From: Nitrospira sp.
Lineage (GTDB): Bacteria; Nitrospirota; Nitrospiria; Nitrospirales; Nitrospiraceae
Length of the DNA stretch: 64,000 nucleotides
Direction: 5' to 3'
Assembly (NCBI GenBank): GCA_018242665.1
Contig: JAFEBL010000024.1
Coordinates: 7,299-71,298 of the forward strand
Under the pieces are notes generated by a model that was given only the letters and a program-made list of their open reading frames with translations, ran no database searches and was not told where the DNA came from. Positions 56,534 through 64,000 of the stretch are shown here, piece by piece. How positions within the stretch are numbered: the stretch's first letter is position 1; each line of letters begins with the position of its first letter. Both the position numbers and the translations under genes were made by a program.

Positions 56534-57169
56534 GTGCGGCAGAACGGTATGAGTTTATGGGCAACATGCCTGGCGGCGTTGGGGCTACGACGCCGTCCCT
56601 CGACGCTCTTCATGCAGCACAACCCGAAGTATGCGGCGATTGTTGTCGGCGAAGGGACCTATGGACGACCCAATATTCCTATTCCTGACGACGGCAGCAC
56701 GGTTCGAATCGGACGGTATTGCTCGATTGCCGGGGGTGTGTCTATTCTCACCAGTCAAGAGCATCACCTGACCTGGGTGTCTACGTTTCCGTTTCAATTG
56801 ATCTTTGGCTACGACCGAGGGTTGCCAAGTCCCGCTCGTTCGAAAGGCAGCGTGGACATCGGACACGATGTCTGGATTGGGACCGAGGCGTTGATTCTGT
56901 CCGGAGTGTCCGTGGGACATGGCGCGGTGATCGCGGCGCGTAGCGTGGTCACCAAGAATGTTCCCCCCTATGCGATTGTGGCAGGGGTGCCGGCACGGGT
57001 GATTCGGTATCGCTTCGATGACGCCACCATCGCCAGTTTGCTGCGCATCGCCTGGTGGGATTGGCCGAGGGAGAAGATCGAATCGGCGCTGCCACTGTTG
57101 ATGTCGGATCGGTTGGATGCGTTTATCACACAGCACGATGTGTCGCCTGAGGAGCAATCGTGCCCCTGA
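56534..57169 (+). CDS. Hexapeptide-repeat acetyltransferase (Vat/CatB xenobiotic acetyltransferase-like; probable sugar O-acetyltransferase)
   Basis: IGHDVWIGTEALILSGVSVGHGAVIAARSVVTKNVPPYAIVAGVPARVIRYRF followed by WWDWP, typical of the Vat/CatB subfamily. The start may be the internal ATG at 56612. Confidence 0.8.
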   Translation: MRQNGMSLWATCLAALGLRRRPSTLFMQHNPKYAAIVVGEGTYGRPNIPIPDDGSTVRIGRYCSIAGGVSILTSQEHHLTWVSTFPFQLIFGYDRGLPSPARSKGSVDIGHDVWIGTEALILSGVSVGHGAVIAARSVVTKNVPPYAIVAGVPARVIRYRFDDATIASLLRIAWWDWPREKIESALPLLMSDRLDAFITQHDVSPEEQSCP

Positions 57170-57304
57170 ACCGCCCACGTTGCCAGGTTCTCAACGCGCA
57201 GGGCTTGAACAGGGTGTGATGGCATATTGCACCTTGCTCTGATGGTGCCGCGCGAGTTCATTCCTTCCTTTTTCTCCCCCTGTGCATGCAACCAGCCGCC
57301 TTTC

Positions 57305-57333
57305 TTGTGCAACCTCCGTCTTTTCTCTATACT
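57305..57333 (+). promoter_or_regulatory. Weak candidate promoter upstream of the ligase-like gene (TTGTGC-N17-TATACT)
   Basis: Pattern match only, in the 199 nt gap 57170-57368. Confidence 0.3.
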
Positions 57334-57368
57334 GCAATTCCGCCGAGCTCGTGAGAAGCCTCTGACGC

Positions 57369-58676
57369 ATGAACAGCACCACGTCATCATCTGCCCATTC
57401 CGTCATCCGTCCGGTTCAGGCGGTCGACCGGTTCGCGTCCGCGCGGGCTTGGTTCTGGGGCATGCAGGGCTATGTCATGATGGCGGTCGCCTGCGCCAGT
57501 TTTTTTCCGCTGCTGTTCCGCTATCAGGAGCATACCGTCATCATCCTCATCGTGCTCTGCCTCGGGATGTGCGCCGTCGAGAGGGTGAATCCCTGGATCA
57601 AAACCCCGCTCGATCTTCCCCTCTGGCTGTTTATGGGGTGGGTCCTGTGCACGGTTCCGTTCGCCACCGATCCGGGCTATAGTTTTGCCGAATGGAAAAA
57701 GTTTGTCGCGCAGGCCGGTGTGTTCTATTGGGCGTTGCTGATCCTCGATCGCTGCCGAAACGAGCGATTGCCGAGACTGGTGCTGCAGGCCCTGGTCGTG
57801 GGTGCGTCGCTGCTCGCCTGTTATGCCCTTGTCGAGTTTGTACAACGGGGCGGCACCTGGCGGGATCGCTATATCCGGGCCCATGCATTTGGGTCCGACT
57901 ATAACTGGCTCAGCACGTATATGGTGGTGGCGATTCCCATAGCTGGAAGTCTTCTCGTCATGGGACGTATGGTGTGGAGTTGGGCGGGCCAGGCTCTGGC
58001 CCTGGGCTTGACGGGGGCCGCGCAACTGTTTTCGTACACTCGCGGCGGCTGGCTCGGGCATGCGGCACAGGCAGTGACGCTGGCGTTGATGGTCGGGGGC
58101 CGGCGCATGGTGTTCGCAGTCTTGGGGCTGTTTGTCATGATCGGCGCAGGATTGATGGTGGCGTCACAGTCGGGGTTTCAGACGGATACGGTGAATGCCA
58201 CGACGGTGGATACCAGGTTGGTGGTGTGGACGATCGGATTAGGCGAGGTGGCGACCCATCCCGTCACCGGCATCGGCTTTGGGAACAATTCCTTTGTGAA
58301 AAAGTTTCCTGAGTATGCGGTGGACAAGCAGGATCACTTGCCGGAGCGGGAACGTATTATTCCGTCGATGCATAATACGTTTCTGATGATCACGCTGGGC
58401 AGCGGCATTCCCGCGTTGTTGAGTTTTACCTGGATGTTCGTCGTGCTGTTGCGCCGGCTCATTCCGATTCCCTGGACAGATGGTCGCGATCGGATGACCC
58501 GCGTGATTGCAGCGGGTATCGGATTGGCCCTGATCGGCTTTGTGGTCCGTAATCTCTTCGATTACATGTTCATGGGCAGCCTGGCGCACCTGTTCTGGCT
58601 GCTGGCGGCTCTCGGCATGACCGTCACCACTTCAAGTCCGCCGGATCCTGCTCGCGGGGATTACGGGCATGTCTAA
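57369..58676 (+). CDS. O-antigen ligase/polymerase family (Wzy_C) integral membrane protein
   Basis: About 10-12 TM segments with a periplasmic loop containing SYTRGGWLG and GIGFGN, characteristic of the WaaL/Wzy_C family. Confidence 0.75.
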   Translation: MNSTTSSSAHSVIRPVQAVDRFASARAWFWGMQGYVMMAVACASFFPLLFRYQEHTVIILIVLCLGMCAVERVNPWIKTPLDLPLWLFMGWVLCTVPFATDPGYSFAEWKKFVAQAGVFYWALLILDRCRNERLPRLVLQALVVGASLLACYALVEFVQRGGTWRDRYIRAHAFGSDYNWLSTYMVVAIPIAGSLLVMGRMVWSWAGQALALGLTGAAQLFSYTRGGWLGHAAQAVTLALMVGGRRMVFAVLGLFVMIGAGLMVASQSGFQTDTVNATTVDTRLVVWTIGLGEVATHPVTGIGFGNNSFVKKFPEYAVDKQDHLPERERIIPSMHNTFLMITLGSGIPALLSFTWMFVVLLRRLIPIPWTDGRDRMTRVIAAGIGLALIGFVVRNLFDYMFMGSLAHLFWLLAALGMTVTTSSPPDPARGDYGHV

Positions 58677-58711
58677 GGCTTGATAGAGGCGCATATGGTA
58701 GGACGGGTATT

Positions 58712-59719
58712 GTGAAGGCATTGATCACGGGTATCACCGGGCAGGACGGATCGTATCTGGCCGAGTTCCTGCTGGCCAAGGGATATGACGTGTACGGCAT
58801 CATCCGCCGTTCCAGCTCATTCAACACGGCAAGGATTGACGGTATTTATCAGGATCCTCACACCTCCGGAGCCAGACTGCATCTGGTCTATGGCGATCTC
58901 AATGACGCCAGTTCGTTGAACAAGATCCTCCGCACGGTGCGGCCGGACGAAATTTATAATCTTGGCGCACAAAGCCACGTGCGTGTCAGTTTCGATATTC
59001 CCGAATACACGGCCGAAATCACCGGGCTCGGCGCCGTCCGACTGTTGGAGGCTATTCGTGAGTCGGGGCTGCGTCCCAAGTTCTATCAGGCCTCCTCAAG
59101 TGAAATGTTCGGCAAGGTGCAGGATGTCCCGCAGCGGGAAACCACGCCCTTCTACCCGCGTAGTCCATATGGCGCAGCCAAGGTCTATGCCCATTGGATC
59201 ACGGTCAATTATCGGGAGGCCTACGACTTGTTTGCCTGTAGCGGCATTCTCTTCAATCACGAATCTCCTCGGCGCGGCGAAACCTTCGTGACCCGGAAGA
59301 TCACCAAAGCCGCGGCGCGAATCAAATTGGGCTTGCAGCGGGAGTTGTTTCTCGGCAACTTGGAGGCCAAGCGGGATTGGGGATATGCCGGTGACTACGT
59401 CGAAGCCATGTGGCTCATGTTGCAGCAGGATCAGCCTGATGACTATGTCGTCGCGACCGGAGAAGCCCATACGGTCCGCGAATTTCTCGATGTGGCCTTC
59501 GGCCATCTCGATCTCGACTGGCAGCGCTATGTGCGGATCGATCCTCGGTACTACCGTCCGACCGAGGTCGATCTGTTGATCGGCGATGCCTCGAAGGCTC
59601 GACGGCAATTGGGATGGAAACCCACTGTCACCTTCCATCAACTGGCCGTGATGATGGTGGAGGCGGATCTCGAAGCTGAGCGGCTGAAATGGCAAGGCAT
59701 GGCATCAAAGGGGAACTAG
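58712..59719 (+). CDS. gmd: GDP-mannose 4,6-dehydratase
   Basis: GTG start. [38 protein letters not shown] and [10 protein letters not shown] are diagnostic Gmd motifs. Confidence 0.95.
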   Translation: MKALITGITGQDGSYLAEFLLAKGYDVYGIIRRSSSFNTARIDGIYQDPHTSGARLHLVYGDLNDASSLNKILRTVRPDEIYNLGAQSHVRVSFDIPEYTAEITGLGAVRLLEAIRESGLRPKFYQASSSEMFGKVQDVPQRETTPFYPRSPYGAAKVYAHWITVNYREAYDLFACSGILFNHESPRRGETFVTRKITKAAARIKLGLQRELFLGNLEAKRDWGYAGDYVEAMWLMLQQDQPDDYVVATGEAHTVREFLDVAFGHLDLDWQRYVRIDPRYYRPTEVDLLIGDASKARRQLGWKPTVTFHQLAVMMVEADLEAERLKWQGMASKGN

Positions 59720-59722
59720 TCC

Positions 59723-60652
59723 ATGGATAAGCATGCGCGCATCTATATCGCCGGGCACCGGGGCATGGTCGGATCGGCCATCCTGCGGGCGCTGACCACC
59801 AGGGGATACAACAATGTCATTGTACGCACCAGTAAGGAGCTGGATCTGCGCGACAACGCGCGGGTGGCGGCGTTTTTTGCAGAGGTCAAACCGGAGTATG
59901 TGTTCCTCGCTGCGGCCAAAGTAGGCGGCATTCTGGCCAACAGCACCTTGCCTGCGGAGTTCATTCACGACAACCTCGCGATTCAAACCAACGTCGTCCA
60001 TCAGGCCTATCTTCATGGCGTGAAGAAATTGCTGCTACTGGGGTCGTCCTGCATCTATCCTCGCGACTCGCCCCAGCCCATGAAGGAAGAGTATCTGTTG
60101 ACCGGTCCCCTGGAACCGACCAATGAATGGTACGCCGTCGCAAAGATCGCGGGGATCAAGATGTGCCAGGCCTATCGGCAGCAATACGGATGTGATTTTG
60201 TCTCCGCCATGCCGACGAATCTCTACGGCCAGAACGATAACTTTGACCTGCAGCATTCTCATGTGCTCGCGGCGCTATTACGAAAATTTCACGAAGCCAA
60301 AGTATCCGGTGCTCCCCCTGTTCTCTGGGGCTCTGGCACGCCGCGCCGGGAATTTCTCCATGCGGATGATTGTGCCGAAGCCTGTCTGTTCCTGATGGAA
60401 CGCTATTCCGATCCGATGATTATGAACGTTGGCGCGGGGGTGGAGGTGACGATCGGCGAATTGGCGGGCATGATTGCCGAAGTGGTCGGCTATCAGGGCG
60501 ACATTCACTGGGATCGATCCAAGCCGGACGGCATGCCGCGGAAACTCATGGATTGCAGCCGCATGACGGCGTTGGGTTGGACGCCGAGGATCTCGCTACG
60601 CGAAGGCCTCAAGGATGCCTACGCCTGGTATCGGCAACAGGTGGGGCAATGA
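59723..60652 (+). CDS. fcl: GDP-L-fucose synthase (GDP-4-keto-6-deoxymannose 3,5-epimerase/4-reductase)
   Basis: IYIAGHRGMVGSA, AAAKVGGI, LGSSCIYP, YAVAKIAG and PTNLYG are Fcl/WcaG motifs. Follows gmd by 3 nt. Confidence 0.93.
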   Translation: MDKHARIYIAGHRGMVGSAILRALTTRGYNNVIVRTSKELDLRDNARVAAFFAEVKPEYVFLAAAKVGGILANSTLPAEFIHDNLAIQTNVVHQAYLHGVKKLLLLGSSCIYPRDSPQPMKEEYLLTGPLEPTNEWYAVAKIAGIKMCQAYRQQYGCDFVSAMPTNLYGQNDNFDLQHSHVLAALLRKFHEAKVSGAPPVLWGSGTPRREFLHADDCAEACLFLMERYSDPMIMNVGAGVEVTIGELAGMIAEVVGYQGDIHWDRSKPDGMPRKLMDCSRMTALGWTPRISLREGLKDAYAWYRQQVGQ

Positions 60653-60708
60653 GTACGAGGCGGTCTCGCTGTGTCATGCTCCCACTCGATGGTTCAAGCG
60701 TGTGACAC

Positions 60709-61713
60709 ATGAAGAGTGAAAAAGTACTGGTGACCGGAGCCGATGGATTCATCGGCTCGCATTTGGTGGAAGCACTTGTTTGGTCAGGTGCTGACGTCCG
60801 GGCCTTTGTTCTCTATAACTCGTTCAACTCATGGGGATGGCTTGATCACCTTTCGGCGGACATACGCGGAGCGCTTGATGTCAGGGCCGGAGATATCCGT
60901 GATCCGCATGGTGTGAAACATGCCATGCGGGGTTGTGATGCTGTGGCACATCTGGCGGCGCTCATCGCAATTCCCTATTCCTATCACTCTCCGGACACGT
61001 ACATCGATACCAACATCAAAGGAACCCTCAACGTCCTTCAAGCAGCCAGAGAATTAGAGGTACGGCGAGTCGTTCACACTTCGACCAGCGAAGTGTATGG
61101 GTCAGCTCGTTTTGTCCCGATCACCGAGGATCATCCCGTCCTTGGCCAGTCTCCATACTCGGCGTCCAAGATCGGCGCCGATCAGATCGCCTACTCATTT
61201 TATTCGTCGTTTCAGCTGCCCGTGGTGATCGCTCGTCCGTTCAATACGTTTGGCCCTCGTCAATCCGCACGGGCCGTGATTCCAACGGTGATCGCTCAGA
61301 TTGCCTCGGGAGTCCGTAGCCTGCAGCTTGGCTCAATTCACCCCACTCGCGATTTTAACTACGTGAACGATACGGTTGCCGCGTTTATTGCGGCGCTTGA
61401 GAGCCAGGCAGGTGTCGGGGAGGTATTTAATTTTGGGTCAGGTTTTGAGATCTCCATTGGCGAGACGGCAGCCTTGATTGCAGACGTCATGGGCGCGAAT
61501 ATTACCATCGAGTTGGATGCTGCGAGGGCGAGGCCTGAGGCCAGTGAGGTGCAACGGTTGTGCGCCGACAATAGCAAGGCCCGTCAAATCCTTGGTTGGT
61601 CGCCTCGTTATCATGGAAGGGACGGTCTGCGCCGCGGTCTCGTGGAAACGGTGCAGTGGTTCCTTGAACCTGCGAATCTGGCTCAGTACAAGCCCCATCT
61701 CTATAATATCTAG
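60709..61713 (+). CDS. NAD-dependent sugar-nucleotide 4,6-dehydratase, LegB-like SDR
   Basis: VLVTGADGFIGSH, YNSFNSWGWLD, STSEVYG, YSASKIGAD and ARPFNTFGPRQSARAVIPT match my recollection of the LegB-type dehydratase subfamily. Context includes a LegC-like aminotransferase and a NeuC-like epimerase. Confidence 0.7.
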   Translation: MKSEKVLVTGADGFIGSHLVEALVWSGADVRAFVLYNSFNSWGWLDHLSADIRGALDVRAGDIRDPHGVKHAMRGCDAVAHLAALIAIPYSYHSPDTYIDTNIKGTLNVLQAARELEVRRVVHTSTSEVYGSARFVPITEDHPVLGQSPYSASKIGADQIAYSFYSSFQLPVVIARPFNTFGPRQSARAVIPTVIAQIASGVRSLQLGSIHPTRDFNYVNDTVAAFIAALESQAGVGEVFNFGSGFEISIGETAALIADVMGANITIELDAARARPEASEVQRLCADNSKARQILGWSPRYHGRDGLRRGLVETVQWFLEPANLAQYKPHLYNI

Positions 61714-61717
61714 TCAC

Positions 61718-62920
61718 ATGAGGCTTTCGCACCACTCTGAACCGCATGATTCCGTTGCCGCAGAATTCGTGGCGTGCCTACGCGCCGTGTTGGGAACTCC
61801 ATCTCATCCCATTCCTTTGCATGAGCCTCAATTTGAAGGGCATGAGTGGGAGTATGTGAAAGAGTGTGTGGACAGTGGCTGGGTATCCTCCGTTGGAAAA
61901 TTCGTGGATGAGTTCGAGTGTCGGCTGGCTCAGTATACCGGTTCACAACACGCTATCGTTGTCGTCAATGGTACAGCCGCACTGCAGGTGGCGCTGACGG
62001 TTGCCGGCGTGAAGCCTGGAGATGAAGTGCTCGTGCCTGCGCTGTCTTTTGTGGCGACGGCAAACGCGGTCGTCCACGCCGGAGCCATTCCGCATTTTGT
62101 GGATAGCGAAGAATCGACCCTCGGACTCGATCCCGTTGCGTTGCAACACTATTTGTCTGCAATCGTCGAGCAGACCGACCGCGGAGCCATCAATCGTCAC
62201 ACCGGGCGTCGTCTGGCTGCCGTCATACCTATGCATACGTTTGGTCATCCTGTCGATATGCCTCGGTTGTTGTCGGTCGCACAACAGTACCATCTGAAGG
62301 TAGTGGAAGACGCGGCCGAATCACTGGGGTCCTTCATCGGAGCCAGGCATGCCGGGACATTCGGCGATATGGGCATTCTCAGCTTCAATGGCAATAAGGT
62401 GATTACCACCGGCGGCGGTGGCGCGATTTTGACTGATGATGCCGGCGACGCCCGTCGGCTCAAGCATCTCACGACAACGGCCAAGCAATCTCATCCGTGG
62501 GAATTTGTGCATGATGAGATCGCCTATAATTTCCGGATGCCGAATCTCAACGCGGCCCTTGGATGTGCTCAACTCGAACGCCTCCCGGCCATCCTTGACC
62601 AAAAGCGCACGTTGGCCGATCGCTACCAGGCCGTATTCGCTGGCGCGCGCGCGGTGTCGTTTGTCAAAGAGCCCACAGGATGTCGCAGCAACTATTGGCT
62701 CAATACGATTCGGGTGCACAATGGGTCGATGGCCTTGCGCGATACCCTTCTGCAGAGTGCGCACGAGGCGGGGTACCTCTGCAGGCCGGTCTGGCGCTTA
62801 CTGCCTCGATTGCCGATGTATGAGACGTGCCCTCGCGCGCCGTTGCCCATGGCTGAACGACTGGAGGTTGAACTCATAAATCTTCCAAGCGGTCCTGGGT
62901 TGATGAAGGACTCGCTGTGA
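61718..62920 (+). CDS. DegT/DnrJ/EryC1 family PLP aminotransferase, LegC-like
   Basis: ORF trimmed to ATG 61718. EWEYVKECVDSGWVSSVGKFVDEFE, FVATANAV and SFNGNKVITTGGGGAI (PLP lysine region). Confidence 0.75.
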   Translation: MRLSHHSEPHDSVAAEFVACLRAVLGTPSHPIPLHEPQFEGHEWEYVKECVDSGWVSSVGKFVDEFECRLAQYTGSQHAIVVVNGTAALQVALTVAGVKPGDEVLVPALSFVATANAVVHAGAIPHFVDSEESTLGLDPVALQHYLSAIVEQTDRGAINRHTGRRLAAVIPMHTFGHPVDMPRLLSVAQQYHLKVVEDAAESLGSFIGARHAGTFGDMGILSFNGNKVITTGGGGAILTDDAGDARRLKHLTTTAKQSHPWEFVHDEIAYNFRMPNLNAALGCAQLERLPAILDQKRTLADRYQAVFAGARAVSFVKEPTGCRSNYWLNTIRVHNGSMALRDTLLQSAHEAGYLCRPVWRLLPRLPMYETCPRAPLPMAERLEVELINLPSGPGLMKDSL

Positions 62921-64000
62921 CACGACGCCCACGGAAGATCTGTGTCGTGACTGGTTCGCGGGCCGAGTATGGGCTGCTGTATTGGCTGCTGAAAGACCTT
63001 CAGAGCCATGCTGGTTTGACGCTGCAACTTGTTGTCACCGGAATGCATCTGTCTTCACAGTTCGGGCTTACGGTGAGGAACATCGAAGCGGATGGGTTTG
63101 TTCCGGATGCCAAGGTCGATATGCTTGTCTCATCAGACACGCCCGCCGGGATTGCCAAGTCGATTGGTCTCGGCACAATTGGGTTTGCCGGTGTGCTCGA
63201 ACAATTACAGCCGGATGTGCTGGTGGTCCTTGGAGACCGGTTTGAAATCTTTGCCGCTGCACAAGCGGCCATGTGTGCCAGGATTCCCATCGCGCATATC
63301 CACGGCGGAGAGCTGACCGAAGGAGTGATTGACGAGGCGATTCGTCATGCGATCACGAAGATGTCGCACCTGCATTTTGTTGCAACAGAGGAATATCGGA
63401 ACCGGGTCATTCAGCTCGGGGAATCGCCAGATCGTGTCTGGAACGTGGGGGCCTTGGGTGTGGAGGCGATCAGGCGAGCACGGCTGCTTTCTCGGTTGGA
63501 ACTCTCGAACGCGATTGGGTTTGATATCACACGGCCCTACTTCCTCGTCACCTATCATCCTGTCACGCTTCACCATGCGAGGAACGGAGAGGGAGTCAGG
63601 CCTCTACTGGGAGCATTGGAGGCATTCCCCCACCATCGTATCTTGTTGACCGGAGTGAATGCCGATACTGATAACGTTGGCATTCATGAGGCAATCAAGT
63701 CTTTTGCTCGCAAGCATGCTCAACGAGTGCACTCAACCATGAGCCTCGGCCAACAAGGCTATTTGAGCGCGATGCGCTATGCTGATGTGGTTGTCGGAAA
63801 TTCCTCAAGTGGTTTGATCGAGGCGCCTTCTTTCAGGGTGCCGACCGTCAATATCGGAGATCGCCAGCGTGGACGAGTGCGAGCGAAGACGGTGATCGAT
63901 GTGACGGCGGATGAAGGCGCAATCGTCTCTGGAATCAACAAGGCCCTCTCGCCCGCGTTTCGAGCGCGTCTTCGCAATACGGTCAGCCCCTTCGGCGACG
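62917..64000 (+). CDS. Hydrolysing UDP/GDP-GlcNAc 2-epimerase (NeuC/LegG-like), 3' end outside window
   Basis: Not in the ORF track because no stop lies within the window. My own translation from GTG 62917 (GTGA overlap with the upstream stop) gives KICVVTGSRAEYGLLYWL, VVLGDRFE, IAHIHGGE, ITKMSHLHF, TYHPVT and VGNSSSGLIEAPS. Confidence 0.8.
   Translation, partial: MTRRPRKICVVTGSRAEYGLLYWLLKDLQSHAGLTLQLVVTGMHLSSQFGLTVRNIEADGFVPDAKVDMLVSSDTPAGIAKSIGLGTIGFAGVLEQLQPDVLVVLGDRFEIFAAAQAAMCARIPIAHIHGGELTEGVIDEAIRHAITKMSHLHFVATEEYRNRVIQLGESPDRVWNVGALGVEAIRRARLLSRLELSNAIGFDITRPYFLVTYHPVTLHHARNGEGVRPLLGALEAFPHHRILLTGVNADTDNVGIHEAIKSFARKHAQRVHSTMSLGQQGYLSAMRYADVVVGNSSSGLIEAPSFRVPTVNIGDRQRGRVRAKTVIDVTADEGAIVSGINKALSPAFRARLRNTVSPFGD

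Noticed and set aside
1-64000. rRNA, tRNA, CRISPR arrays, transposases, integrases, prophage or toxin-antitoxin and restriction-type defence genes.
   Set aside because: No intergenic gap exceeds about 315 nt. I saw no regularly spaced repeats and no ORF with recombinase, transposase, nuclease-methylase or toxin signatures. The window looks like core chromosome plus a glycan cluster.

Overview
High-GC (about 60-65% by hand counts) bacterial chromosome segment, densely packed with roughly 55 protein genes. I saw no rRNA, tRNA, CRISPR array or mobile element. Layout: (1) 1-7.4 kb: rnhB-yraN, ftsE-ftsX-envC-ctpA, thiS-thiG-thiE. (2) 7.5-15 kb: a contiguous Pup-proteasome operon (mpa-dop-prcB-prcA-pafA) followed by a coupled M23 peptidase. 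(3) 15-27.5 kb, minus strand: a three-gene PAS kinase / receiver / hybrid kinase phosphorelay, an HD phosphohydrolase, DUF2062, thiL, lon and galU. (4) 27.8-51 kb: one long co-directional outer-membrane and LPS block (bamA, two skp, fabZ, lpxA, lpxI, oxidoreductase, lpxB, msbA, DUF374, kdtA, lpxK, heptosyltransferases, glycosyltransferases). (5) 51-64 kb: an O-antigen type sugar cluster (rmlA/B/D, gmd, fcl, ligase-like membrane protein, legB/legC/neuC-like genes). An actinobacterial-type Pup-proteasome together with BamA and lipid A genes suggests a Nitrospirota-like diderm; this is inference only. I did not find a clearly novel multi-gene system such as a defence island. The best leads are: no pup gene at its expected place in the proteasome operon; a DUF374 gene split at an A9 run, where a -1 shift restores the conserved C-terminus and a TAATG junction with kdtA; a WaaF-GmhB fusion; a GnnA-like oxidoreductase inside the lpx operon; and a lower-GC nonulosonic-acid cluster at the 3' end. 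All functional calls come from motifs recognised by eye; no database search was run.
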